A stretch of DNA of 64,000 bases. Origin: the human T2T-CHM13v2.0 reference genome, Homo sapiens. Location: the NCBI RefSeq assembly GCF_009914755.1, contig NC_060932.1; one strand, 5' to 3'. The position numbers and the translations under genes are program-made. The stretch's first letter is position 1. Every line of letters starts with the position of its first letter. The notes under the pieces are model-generated. The model was not told where the DNA came from. It did not search any database and was given only the letters and a program-made list of their open reading frames with translations. Shown here piece after piece: positions 46,801-63,741 of the stretch.

Positions 46801-47255
46801 TGCCCAGGCTTGCTTAGGTAAACACAGCAGCCGGGAAGCTCTAGCTGGGTGGAGCCCACCACAGCTCAAGGAGGCCTGCCTGCCTCTGTAGGCTCCACCA
46901 CTGAGGGCAGGGCACAGACAAACAAAAAGACAGCAGTAACCTCTGCAGACTTAAATGTCCCTGTCTGACAGCTTTGAAGAGATCACTGGTTCTCCCAGCA
47001 TGCAGCTGGAGATCTGAGAAGGGGCAGACTGCCTCCTCAAGTGGGTGCCTGACCCCTGACCCCCTAGCAGCCTAACTGGGAGGCACCCCCCAACAGGGGC
47101 ACACTGACACCTCACACGGCAGGGTACTCCAACAGACCTGCAGCTGAGGGTCCTCTCTGTTAGAAGGAAAACTAACAAACAGAAAGAACATCCACACCAA
47201 AAACCCATCTGTACATCACCATCATCAAAGACCAAAAGTAGATAAAACCACAAAG

Positions 47256-48271
47256 ATGGGGGAAAAACAGAATAGAAAAACTGGAAACTCTAAAAAGCAA
47301 AGCGCCTTTCCTCCTCCAAAGGAACGCAGCTCCTCACCAGCAACGGAACAAAGCTGGATGGAGAATGACTTCGACGAGCTGAGAGAAGAAGGTTTCAGAT
47401 GATCAAATTACTCTGAGCTACGGGAGGACATTCAAACCAAAGGCAAAGAAGTTGAAAACTTTGAAAAAAATTTAAAGAATATATAACTAGAATAACCAAT
47501 AGAGATAAGTGCTTAAAGGAGCTGATGGAGCTGAAAACCAAGGCTCGAGAACTACGTAAAGAATGCAGAGGCCTCAGGAGCCGATGCAATCAACTGGAAG
47601 AAAGGGTATCAGTGATGGAAGATGAAATGAATGAAATGAAGCGAGAAGGGAAGTTTAGAGAAAAAAGAATAAAAAGAAATGAGCAAAGCCTCCAAGAAAT
47701 ATGGGACTATGTGAAAAGACCAAATCTACGTCTGATTGGTGTACCTAAAAGTGACGGGGAGAATGGAACCAAGTTGGAAAACAGTCTGCAGGATATTATC
47801 CAGGAGAACTTCCCCAATCTAGCAAGGCAGGCCAATGTTCAGATTCAGGAAATACAGAGAACGCCACAAAGATACTCCTTGAGAAGAGCAACTCCAAGAC
47901 ACGTAATTATCAGATTCACCAAAGTTGAAATGAAGGAAAAAATGTTAAGGGCAGCCAGAGAGAAAGGTCGGGTTACCCTCAAAGGGAAACCCATCAGACT
48001 AACATCGGATCTCTCAGCAGAAACCCTACAAGCCAGAAGACAGTAGGGGCCAATATTCAACATTCTTAAGGAAAAGAATTTTCAACCCAGAATTTCATAT
48101 CCAGCCAAACTAAGCTTCATAAGTGAAGGAGAAATAAAATACTTTACAGACAAGCAAATGCTGAGAGATTTTGTCACCACCAGGCCTGCCCTAAAAGAGC
48201 TCCTGAAGGAAGTGCTAAACATGGAAAGGAACAACAGGTACCAGCCGCTGCAAAATCATGCCAAAATGTAA
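47256..48271 (+). pseudogene. ORF1: L1 ORF1p, frameshift near 47470 and premature TAG at 48044-48046
   Basis: ATG at 47256; LQEIWDYVKRPNLRLIG fragment; native catgccaaaatgtaa end; span 1016 nt. Confidence 0.92.
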
Positions 48272-48334
48272 AGACCATCGAGACTAGGAAGAAACTGCAT
48301 CAACTAACAAGCAAAATAACCAGCTAACATCATA

Positions 48335-52156
<3,822 letters not shown>

Positions 52157-52649
52157 ACAATGAGATCACATGGACACAGGAAGGGGAACATCACACTCTG
52201 GGGACTGTTGTGGGGTCGGGGGAGGGGGGAGGGATAGCATTGGGAGATATACCTAATGCTAGATGACCAGTTAGTGGGTGCAGTGCACCAGCATGGCACA
52301 TGTATACATATGTAACTAACCTGCACAATGTGCACATGTACCCTACAACTTAAAGTATAATAATAAAAGAAAAAAAACTTAAAAAAAAAGAAAAAAGTTT
52401 TAATTTCTTATGGTTATCTGTTTTGTAATTGCTGTTGTTTATACATTGATGTCATGTCTAAAAATACATTTCCAAATTTGAAGTCATGCAGATTTAACCC
52501 TATACTTTCTTCTAAGAGTATTATCTCTTACATTTAAGCTTTTATTCAATTTTTAGCTGAGTTTTATATATTGCATAAAGTAAGGGTCCAACTTCATTCT
52601 TTTGCACGTGGATATCCAGTTGTCCTAGTACCATTTGTTGAAAAAGTCA

Positions 52650-53130
52650 CAAATTATTAACATACATAATAATAGTAGATGTGATTTGCTAACATTTTCT
52701 TATGAATTTTTGCATCTACAACCTTGAAAGATACTGTCCATAATTTTCTTTTCTTAGAATATCTCCTCAATGTTTTGATATCACAGCAATACTGACCTCT
52801 TAAAATGAGTAGGAACATGTTTCTCCATGTTTTTAAAATATTTTGTGAAGAATTGGTATTATTTATTTCTTCCCAGGAATATTCAACAAGAAACCTCTCT
52901 GGTCCTGAAAATTTCAGAATGAGAATGTTTATCATTATGAATTCAATTGTTTAATAGATATGTAGCTATTCATATTTCTCTATTCATTAGTGAGTCTGAA
53001 AAATTTGTATCTATCTAGAATTTGCCTGTTTTATTTAAGCTGTTGAACTAAATGGAATAAAGTTGTTCACAATATGTCTTTATTGTCTTTTTGATATTCA
53101 GGATCCATAGCAATGTTTGAGCTTTCATTC
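52650..53130 (-). mobile_element. Old L1M ORF2 fragment
   Basis: gatttgctaacattttcttatgaatttttgcatcta...ctctggtcctgaaa. Confidence 0.6.
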
Positions 53131-53813
53131 TTTTTAAAAAAAAATTTACTTTAAATTCTGGGATACATGTGCAGAACGTGCAGGTTTTTTACATAGGTAT
53201 ACATGTGCCCTGGTGGTTTGCTGCACCCATCAACCCATCATCTAGGTTTTAAGCCCTGTAGGCATTAGGTATTTGTCCTAATGCTCTCCCTCTCCTTCCC
53301 CTTCACTCCCTGACAGGCCCCTGTGTGTGATGTTCCCCTCTCTGTGTACATGTGTTCTCATTGTTCAACTCCCACTTACGAGTGAGAACATGTGGTGTTT
53401 GGATTTCTGTTCCTGTGTTAGTTTGCTGAGAATGATGGTTTCCAGCTTCATCCAAGTCCCTGCAAAGGACATGAACTCATTTTTTATGGCTGCATAGTAT
53501 TCCATGGTGTATACGTGCCACATTTTCTTTATGCGGTCTATCATTGATGGGCATTTGGGTTGGTTCCAAGTCTTTGCTATTGTGAACAGTGCTGCAACAA
53601 ACATACATGTGCATGTTTCTTTATAGTAGAGTGATTTATAATCCTTTGGGTATATCTAATGGGATTGCTGGGTCAAATGGTATTTCTGTTTCTAGATCCT
53701 TAAGGAATCACCACACTGTCTTCCACAATGGTTGAACTAACTTAGACTCCCACCAAGAGTATAAAAGCATTCCTATTTCTCCACATCCTCTCCAGCATCT
53801 GTTGTTTCCTGAC
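53131..53813 (-). mobile_element. L1PA8A/L1PA10-like 5'-truncated 3' end
   Basis: tctgggatacatgtgcagaacgtgcagg...ctaggttttaagccc...attaggtatttgtcctaatgctctcc. Confidence 0.88.
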
Positions 53814-56077
53814 ATACAGAAAGGCATATTATAAATGCCAGTCCTGCTTTGAGATATTCACTTCTCTACCCAGTCCAAAGGAATCTCTCTCTCCCCCTGA
53901 ATACTCTTTTGTGTAATTCCTCTTTGGATACTTAAAACAAAGGCATTTATGTAAATATTCTGACAAACATTATTAGATGGTAGACAAATAAGGGCAGAAT
54001 CCATGTATAAGTTATATCCAATACTTAACACGATGCTTTACCCATAGCAATTCCTCCATAAAAAATAATGATTCTGTTAGTGAAATGTCCAAATGGTATG
54101 TCTAGAGATGTCTCTATATGAATAAGACTGGTAAAAGAGGAAAATAGATAATGTTATACTTAGGAAAATTACAGCAAGGAATAAATTTCTCTCAAAAGAA
54201 ACAAAATTAGAAGAACCAGGTAAAGCTACTTAAGAATTTTGTGATTATGGTTCCAGGTCTCATGGAAACCTGGTAATTATATTAGCCTCTATTCCTTGGA
54301 TGCTTAATGTACTTAAATATGAAAGTGCAATCACTGCTGAATTTCACTAATAGGCCATAAATCAAAAATACCAAACATCAGATGATTTTTGTCCCATCAG
54401 GGACACACAGTATAGACAATAAAGGAAGGGTGCATAGAAGCACAGTCATAAATGAAAGTGGCAGATAAAGGATGTGATGAACAAGAGCCACAAATCTCAC
54501 CAGATAAGACCTTTCCCAGGACAGATGGTATGGTGGATACTCAAGCTCACTCTGATGAAGTGAGGCAGAGCCTGGGGCATGAGCTACAAAGTGATATGTA
54601 AACTTAAAAGGAGATGTCTTATTAAATGTCTTTCTGCTCCTAATTTTAATATTGTGGCAAAACTTCCTTAAATTTTCTCATTCTATTCTTTCCTTTATTG
54701 TCTTTGATCAATATTTCATCCCCTACATATAAAGTTTATCATGTGCACTATCACTTTGTACATGTATAGTTATTTGCCACTATTATATTTTACTTGTTTC
54801 CTTTACTTTTCTGTCCCTGTTTGTTGGCATCATTGCCCTCAATAAGATTACAAAAAATCCAGGGGTAGGAACTATTGCCTGATAATGGTGTAGAAAGCAC
54901 CACCACCCCCGCCACCCTAAACCTAGTGTAGAACTCTGCATACTATGAGTGAACAATACATGGGCCTTCAGTGAAAAACTGAATTAGGAAGAGATTCTTT
55001 TTGAAAAACTAATTCGATTAGTATGATATAATGAGATGGCATAGACTCATTTCTCCCTGCACATCCTTGGTAAGTACAACTATAAACACTGGAAATAATG
55101 TAAGAGAAAACCAAAGGAGAGCTCTCAAGGGTGGAGAGAGAAAGCGTGCTTTGGAACCAAGACTGAAGGAAGAACACCTATCAGAAAAAGGGAAAAAGAT
55201 GATCTGGCTTGGCACTTCCCCACCACAACCTAGCAACAGCAGGCAGCCCAAGTAGACTCATTATATCTCAGGTTGAATGGAAGTCCCTCCTACAACAGTG
55301 GGGGAGCCCTGCACCACGAGAACGGGCGATTATCAGAGCCCCACTAACAGTTAACAGCACGGGAATCTCTTTTCTCCTCTCCCCAGTGGAAGACATGGGG
55401 GTGGAACAGGCAACAGTGGCAGGACAGATTTCACCCCAACAACCAATCAGACCAGGGAAGCTTCCTGGTGTTTATGGACCAGGCCTGAGACTCCTCTTCC
55501 CCACTGAGAGATATCAGGCTGCCTGGCCCAGGGAAACCCTTTTTGTCTCTTCAGGCAGTACTAACAAGAAGGACTAGTGGGAGCCCCAGCGACAGCAGAT
55601 TATCCAAGCAGACCAAAATGACACCACAAAGGTTCTGAAAATTTAAAAGTAGCTCTAGACCCACATAATACATCTAAACAGGGTGACTCTTACTAAAATA
55701 AGAGATTTAAATCAGACTCAGAGTCTCCTAATGTAATAGACAAAATGAGCAGGATACAATACCCATCATATCAAGAATCAGGAAAATCAAACTTGAAAGA
55801 GAAATACAATCAATTCACGCCAAGATGAATCGTGTATTGGAATTATCTAATGAGAATTTTAAAGCAAACATAAAAATGCTTCAACACTGACTTATAAATT
55901 CTCTTGAAGCAAAAAGATAGAAAATCCCAAAAAAGAAATGTTATAAAAAAGACCTAAATAAGAATTATGGAACAAAAAACAAAATAATTAAAATTTAAAA
56001 AAAAAAAAAACCTCACTGGGAGCTCAATAGTACAGTGGAAATTATAGAGGATAGAATCAGTGAACTTGAGGTCAAAT

Positions 56078-56532
56078 TGTGTCTGGAGTTGGTTCCTTCC
56101 GGTGGGTTCATGGTCTCGCTGACTTCAAGAATGAAGCCGCAGACCTTCACGGTGAGTGTTACAGCTCTTAAAGGTGGCACAGACCCAAAGAGTGAGCAGC
56201 AGCAAGATTTATTGTGAAGAGCAAAAGAACAAAGCTTCCACAGCATGGAAGGGGGCCAGAGCGGGTTGCTGCTGCAGGCTGGGGTGGCCAGCTTTCATTC
56301 CCTTATTTGTCCCTGCTCATGTCCTGCTGATTGGTCCATTTTACAGAGTGCTGATTGGTCCATTTTACAGGGTGCTGATTGGTCCATTGTATAAACCTCT
56401 AGTTAGCTACAGAGTGCTGATTAGTGCATTTTTACAGAACACTGATTGGTGCATTTTACAAACCTCTTGTAAGACAGAATAGTTCTCCAAGTCCACGCTC
56501 GACCCAGGAAGTCCACCTGGCTTCACTTCTCA
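56078..56532 (-). mobile_element. LTR12-family (HERV9, LTR12F-like) solo LTR
   Basis: tgtgtctggagttggttcc...ggcttcacttctca; 4-bp TSD aaat at 56074-56077 and 56533-56536; repeated gctgattggt motifs. Confidence 0.9.
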
Positions 56533-56655
56533 AAATCAATAACATTTACCCAATCTGAAAAACAGAAATAAACTGTTTTACCCCTCAAAATGAGTAAGAG
56601 TCTCAGAGCTCTATAGAACAATAACAAAAGACCTAACCTTTGTATCATTAGGATC

Positions 56656-57015
56656 TAATATGGTTTGGCTGTGTCCTCATCCAGATCTCAACTTAATTTG
56701 TATCTCCCAGAATTGCACATGTTGTGGGAAGGATCCAGGGGGAGGTAATTGAATCTTGGGGGCCAGTCTTTCCCATGATATTCTCATGATAGTGAATAAG
56801 TCTCTTGAGATCTGATGGGTTTATCAGGGGTTTCTGCTTTTGCTTCTTCCTCATTTCTCTATTGCTGCCACCGCCACCAAGTAAGAAGTGCCTTTTACCC
56901 TCCACCATGATTATGAGATCTCCCTAGCCATGTGGAGCTGTAAGTCAAATTAAACCTCTTTTTCTTCCCAGTCTCAGATATATCTTTATCAGCAGTGTAA
57001 AAACGGACTAATACA
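56656..57015 (+). mobile_element. THE1A MaLR solo LTR
   Basis: taatatggtttggctgtgtcc...tatctcccagaatt...gggtttatcaggggtttc...ggactaataca; TSD ggatc/gcatc. Confidence 0.9.
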
Positions 57016-58135
57016 GCATCTCAGAAAAAAGGAAAAACAGAGTGTTTGGGGCTGAAAGAGTATTTAAGAAAAAAGCTCCATACTTTCCAAACTTGGCAAA
57101 AGGCACAAGCCTCCAGATTCAAGGTGGGCAAATCTGGGAAAGAATAAACCCAAAATATTCATGCCAAGACACATTATAATTAAACTTTTAAAAACAAAAG
57201 ACAAAGAAAAATCATGAATGCAGCCAAGAAGAAATGACTCATTACTCATGGGGTTACACTAATTTAAGTGATAGCGGATTTCTCTTCTGAAACTATTAAG
57301 GCCAGATGGAAGTGACACATTTTTCAAGTGCTAAGATAAGAACTGTCAACTGTGAACTATATATGTGGCAAAACTATTCCTAAGGAGTAAAGGGGAAATA
57401 AAGGCATTCTCTGATAAAGAATAACTAAAAGAATTTGTCAAATCTACCCTCAAAAACTGGCCAAAGGAATGTCTTCAGAGAGAATCTTTAAAAGTAAAGA
57501 TTCTGGGAGCATAAGGAAGGAAGAAGGAGCACAAGTGGGTTCATACAGTAGACTATAATTTCTTTCATGAGTTTTATTAATTGATTACCTAACTGAATCA
57601 AAATTATCACACCATCTGATACTCAAGAAAATGGTATTTAACTGGAAGCATAGCAAAGGAACCTAAAAGAAAGTTAGATTTCCGCTCTCTATATGAAGTG
57701 AAAAAATGTTGATTCCTAGTAGAATGTGATGCCACGTATGTATATTGTTATACCCTGTGAAACAACTATAAAAGTGACACAAACAGATGCATTCAAAATA
57801 TAAATTAATCAAAATGGAATTCTAAATAATTTCTAAATAACTCTTGGGAAGATAAGAAAAGGAAAACAGAGTAATAAAAACCAGAGAGAAATAACATAAA
57901 ATACAAAATTAAATGGCAGACTTAAGCTCTAGCATATCAATAATTACCTTAAATATAAATAATCTAAATTTACCTGTAAAAAGACAAAGAGATTTGCAAA
58001 GTGGATGAAAAAACATGAACTAACTATATACTGTTTACAAGAAGGTCACCTCAAATTCAACAACATAGGTAGCTTGAAATGAAATGATGAAAATGATATG
58101 CCATGCAAACATTATATATTAATAATATAGATTGT

Positions 58136-58137
<2 letters not shown>

Positions 58138-58174
<37 letters not shown>
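58138..58174. repeat. (TG)~18 microsatellite
   Basis: Read directly. Confidence 0.95.
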
Positions 58175-58178
<4 letters not shown>

Positions 58179-61100
58179 AAAAACCTAGTAAAGGTCTGAA
58201 TGAGAGAAGATGAGGAAGCCAAATCAGTGTACATCACTGAATCTGGGTAGGAAGGTTACCGCTAATGTTACGGAATTTAACAAGCATATGTAAACACATT
58301 GTCTCATTGGGTTCTCCAAATACATCTGTGGAACTGGCATGTCTAACTGGCCTTCATTAGCAAACAAGGTGCTTAGGGAATTGTCTCAGGCTGGTGTTCC
58401 AGGTGCTGTGGTCACTTTGGGAGTGACTGGGATTCAACATGTGGAGCAAAGGGAAACTTCGCTTCTCATGAAAATCAGACCCTGAAAGGTTGGAAGAAAG
58501 AGGGGAGCAAGAGGAAAAATGACTCCCAAGGCAAACTGGCAACAGGGAAGAGGTTAAATTGAGCAAACATGTTGCAGAATGCCTGACCTTACATTGTTCT
58601 GAAAGACTATTCAGAGCAAAAAGCTAAGTCCCATTTGTGAGATGATGGAAGGGACACCCAAGGGCAGGAAGAAAGCTACTGAGTTAAGTTGGCAGGGCTG
58701 AGAGTATTCCCATTTTGTGAAAAATGAAATGGACTGACATGTTGAAAGTCACATCATAACTGATAGCACCAAAATCTCAGAACGCACTGCTAAATAACTT
58801 TTCTAATCACCACCCGTTCCCCAATAACTATTGAAATAAAAAAGTCAGCTGATGATTAACCAAAATAACACTAATAATTGGTAGAGCTGGGATTGAAATC
58901 TAGGGCATGTTCTTCAATATCATGTGACTTATTTGAATTTGAAGAGAGGCCTCTTAGGGAACAGGATATATGAAAGATTGTTCTCTGGAAGTAATAAGAT
59001 ATCACATTCCTTTAGATAATCCAATTAATGAAGTTGTAACAGAGATGTTTGTCTCAGTGGAGCCTGTCTTGTACACATCAGAATGTTTTTTTTAACACTG
59101 TTACGCCTTTGAGCTGAAACCTGGCATTTTTTGACACCAGCATATGAGGTGAAGGGATCTCTTCACTCTCATCACCACTCTGCCCTCCCATTTCTTTGCA
59201 TGAGTCTCTCTGCAAGTTATTCCTTTTCTGACAGTTGGTATGGACAGTCTAGTACAGACATCATGACTTTGGAAAATTACATCAAGTTTTTAATCTGTTG
59301 AGTAATTTGTGTCAATTATATACGTGTAAATAAGAATATTGTAAAGGAAGAAAGAATGCTATTAATACTGTCTTTCATCTAATTAGTAGCCAATCCCTGT
59401 CCCAACCAAAAGAAAAAAGAAATCCAGTATCAGGCTTATGGTTCTAATGTGGTGGGGTATAATTTTAACATTATCGAGGAGGGTGATAACACTAACAGCA
59501 TTCAGAAAAGAGTCTAGTATTCTGTACTCTATAGAGCAATAATTGGTGTCTTAGTGGGGGTATGAGCTCCAGAATGGCATGAACAACAGGAATAATAAGC
59601 ATTAATCTAATTGAGAATGCCAATTATCTCTACCTGTTTAACATATCTGTCACTTGGCAAGGACATAAAGATGACTAGTGAAAAGGAGAGTAGAAAATAC
59701 TTCTACTATTTAGATATTAAGCATCTACTGAGTCTCTGCTATGTGCACAAAACTAGACAGTTGCTGAGGCAGTGACTCAATGAGTTTTTAATACGTCTCA
59801 GTAAGTATTTCATAATCCAGAAAAATATTTTATGCTTTGTTCACATTCAAGTCTCAAGTCAAAAAATCTTCATCTAACTGGATTTTTATCCACAATATTT
59901 AAGTTTGTTAAAATTTTCTAAAGTGAAGCCAGTGGACTCAAAATAGCAATGTTTACTAACCATTTATATTCTTTAATTATGTTTATTCAGCAGATCACAT
60001 AAACAGCATGTTCACAACTAAAAACATTTTACCACAAGAATAAAGTCACTTGTTTATCTAAGAGCTAACCACTGTTGATAGATATTAGTATTATTGTTTC
60101 ACTTTGCTTTGGGCAAAGAAATGGAACAGATGCTTGCAACCTATTATACATTACACATCAGATGAGGAAAGGCAGAAAAATGAAAAGAGATAGCTCAGAA
60201 GGAAATGAATACAATAATAACTAAAAGGAAAACAGAATCTTGACAGACAGGCAGAACACACCAGCTGCTCTCTTCTGATTCCAAAGATTGACATCAAAAG
60301 TCAAGAAAAATAATGCTTGTGTCCTAAATTAAAGATACACATGTATTTATATGATTACCTATGAATTTAAGGAAGAATAAGACTCTTTGTTCCAAGAACT
60401 GGGTGCAGATTTATTTCATAGAGTTTGCTCATTTGAATGTTTAATTAGGAGTTACAGTCACAATCCACACAATAAATTGGGACATGCCAGTGATAGGAGT
60501 TGACAGTTGAGAATCACTTAGTACTAATTATTAAGAAAATGTATAGAACAAATTTGAGTAATGTTTCAAAGCTACTGTTGTCAATGGGTTTGGCTATACT
60601 TGATTATGATGCTGATGAACAAAGACACCGTTGCTGTTGCGTGTTACTTGTAATGTAGTGAGGTAAACTGCTTTTTGATTCTCTATGGAGCTTTGCATCT
60701 ATATTTTTGTGAGAAAATTGTTGAGACTCATGCCCATCACTTTATTCGATTCTTCATAAGGTCCCAATAAACTTTTCTTAAACATTAGTAGTGAGAGAAA
60801 TTTTTCTTTTTTGAAGAATAATCTGTATCTTCCTCTTGAAAAAATTTGAAGTACATAACTTGCCACCTTAAGTCCCTATGAACTTGACATTTGTGTCTCA
60901 AGGATCTAACATAGTACAGGACTTAAGGAAGGAAGGCATTTGTGAAATGTATTTGTGAAATGGATGAAAAAATAAATAATTAAATTTTGTTTACTAAGAA
61001 ATAATGGCGATGATCACAATCATATTGGGCCATAATGTTGGCATATTTATTTTCCTCAATCCTAGTTTTCCATTTTTATTTATATTTTACTGGCTTCATT

Positions 61101-61421
61101 GTATAGTCATTGCTGCTTCCGGTGAGCTTCAACTGTGGTGAAGAAAGAAACCCACATACCTAACAACAACATAAGAGAGAAAGAAAAAAATACATTTAGC
61201 AAAGGTACAAGCAACATGTTACATGATCACTGAGGAAGAAGCAGGTGAGTCTAGCTGGAATTTGTTAAGGAAATAGAGACATTGAGAAGGGAAGATGCGT
61301 CTTGAGCATTCATGGCATGTTAATTATTGAGCAGAGATTTTATAAGGAGAAAAAGTAGGAGATAAAACTAAAAAGGCAACTACAAATCAGACTGAGAAGG
61401 ATGGTGAATGGTACCTTAAGA

Positions 61422-61759
61422 CAGTGGTCCCCAACTTTTTTAGCACCAGGGAATGGTTTCATGGAAGACAATTTTTCCAGGGATTGAGGTGGGGTGTTGG
61501 TTTTGGGATGGAACTGTTCCACCTCAGATCATCAGTCATTAAGATTCCTCTAAGGAGCACGCAACCTAGATCCCTCACATGTGCAGTTTACAATAGGGGT
61601 CAGGCTCCTATGAAAAACTAATGCTGCCGCTGATCTGACAGGAGGTGGAGCTCAGGCAGTCATGCTGGCTGGCTCGCCACTCACCTCCTGTGGTGCAGCC
61701 TGGTTCCTAACAGGCCATGGAGCGGTACCAGTCTGTGGCTCAGGGATTGGGAACCCCTG
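61422..61759 (+). mobile_element. MER1B hAT MITE, full length
   Basis: TIRs cagtggtccccaa / ttgggaacccctg; 8-bp TSD ccttaaga/gcttaaga. Confidence 0.92.
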
Positions 61760-62154
61760 GCTTAAGAGTTTGATCATTAAATTGCACAGTTAGGAGCCAC
61801 TGAAGCTAGATGAGGAAAAATCTAAAGGCATTGTTGTTATTCCTTAAGAAGATAACTTACATGGGAGTATGATGGATGATTTGGAGAAATAAGAGACTTA
61901 AAGCAGAAGAAACAATTGGAAGGTTTAGATAATAAGATACAGAGAATACAGATATGGATTCAAAGAAAAAATAAAAATTCAAAAAAAAAAAAAAAAGATG
62001 ACTAGGCCACTAAGGGGATATGAAGATAAACAGTGAAAAGAATTCATGATGGGACTGCAATGGGACTATTTAAGGACAGAGGGATCCAACAAGTGAAAAG
62101 CCATTGAAAGGAGACAATAACACAGAATAACACAGACTATCACGCAGGTGTTAC

Positions 62155-62220
62155 TGTGCATACTGCTTGACATCAACTAGGCCAAAATCCTGTGACCCTT
62201 GCAGGTAGTCTTCTTAGGGT
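62155..62220 (+). repeat. Inverted repeat arm 1 (pairs with 63742-63807)
   Basis: 62161-62220 vs reverse complement of 63742-63801: 54/60 identical, no gaps. Confidence 0.92.
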
Positions 62221-62814
62221 CTTTTATTCCTTTTTGACTGCTAAATAGTTATTTTATCAAACATACTGCCTGAAATATAATGGCACTCATATTTCAGGTA
62301 GTATGTTAGGTATTTAATCTTCCCTGTAACTCTGTAAGGCAGGGTACTTTCCTCTAAATTATAGCTGCATATACTATTTGAGTATCTTTTCCATAAATAC
62401 ACAGTGGACAAGTGGCCAAGGAAAAATTGTAACCCTCAGGTTTGTCAGAGTCCAAAGGCCATGCTCTGTGCACAGTTCCTCACTGTCCACTTTTGTTTTG
62501 AATATGCCGAGTCAAGTATAAGAGGACCATCCCCATCCAGCAAATGCAGATGCAGGTTGCAAATGCAGACGTGGTGCCCAGGAGAAGAGCTAGGCTGGGA
62601 GAACAGAATTTGAACCATCTGAAGGGAGGTGAAAGTTGAAAGCATATTGGGGGCTGAAATCACTAAGGGGAGCATGTGTGGGAAAACCAAGAATTTAACC
62701 TTGAGAAAGTTACACCTATAAGGCAGGTGGAGAAAAAGAGGCCATAGAGAAGGCTGTTCAACAAGGAAATTAGAATGAGGAGGTTAAAATTAAGTAGTAG
62801 GTCAAAAGGGAATG

Positions 62815-62986
62815 GGTGATCAGCAGTGTCAATACTGCAGAAAGTCACATGAGCATGAGATCCAGGAAAAGGCACCTAATGCTGGGAGGAGAAATTAATC
62901 GGTGATCAGCAGTGTCAATACTGCAGAAAGTCACATGAGCATGAGATTCAGGAAAAGGCACCTAATGCTGGGAGGAGAAATTAATC
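62815..62986 (+). repeat. 86-bp tandem duplication (2 copies)
   Basis: 62815-62900 and 62901-62986 differ at one base (gatcca/gattca). Confidence 0.96.
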
Positions 62987-63741
62987 AGGGACTCTGAACA
63001 GCAGCATTTACGTATTAGAGACTATAAAACTCAGAAGCAGCTCTTCTGAGAATGGAGGGATGAAGATGCAGGAAAAAACTAAAGGCTTTTTATTTGTGAT
63101 ATTTGGCAGTGATAAAAAATAGAGGTGGAAAAGAAGCTGGGGATAGGGCACATTGTGATGAGGTTTTATGTTAATTGTTTTGATATTTGTTTTCCTTTCT
63201 TATTGACTATAGTGAAGTTATTGAAATTATTTTGATTTTTGTTTTTCTTTGGCTATAACGAAGATGTGTTAAAGTGTAAAAAGGAAGCTGTGAAAGAGAT
63301 ATCAAAAATAGGAGGAAGAGAGAGAGAGAAAATGAAAGAAGATGTGTAATCCTGGGCTCTAGCTACATGGCCTCTGATGTGGTGAACTGCAGACAGAGCA
63401 GTGTGGCAGCTGAATGACAAACGCAGCAAACTGGAACAACATGAACCCTCCGTAACTTTAACATCATAGCTGATTAAGTTTTCTGGCATGTAAAATGCAT
63501 CCACTGTGAGAAATTCTGTATCTCAGACATGACTCACTGTTTAGCATGTTTATACCATTAGGAAATACTAAAGATGTTTCCTCAAGCGTATGATTGTATT
63601 ATAAGAGCACATGTAAAAGCACTTATTTTGATAGTAAAGAGTGGCTACCAGTAGCTTAGGTTTGCCACAAGAATCTCTATATTCAATCTTTAAAATAAGT
63701 GATTATAAAATAAATATCTAGCAGTGAAAAAAGAATTAACT

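Larger units (their letters stand above)
54960..58115 (+). mobile_element. Old L1M 5'UTR-ORF1-ORF2 start, split by LTR12-family and THE1A LTRs
   Basis: gaggatagaatcagtgaacttgag...gccaagacacattataattaaac...atcaataattaccttaaatataaat...ctatatactgtttacaaga. Confidence 0.7.
61770..63050 (-). mobile_element. L2 fragments, interrupted at ~62100-62490
   Basis: Purine-rich antisense L2 pattern (ggagccactgaag..., gctaggctgggagaacagaatttg..., gtgatcagcagtgtcaatactgcag). Confidence 0.55.

Noticed and set aside
56320-56460. CRISPR-like spaced repeats
   Set aside because: These are the normal ~24-bp CCAAT tandem units of an LTR12 in a primate genome, with no unique spacers
55031-56482. 74-122-aa ORFs
   Set aside because: Chance frames in an old L1 5'UTR and the LTR12 repeat (LIGPFYRV repeats just translate the CCAAT array)
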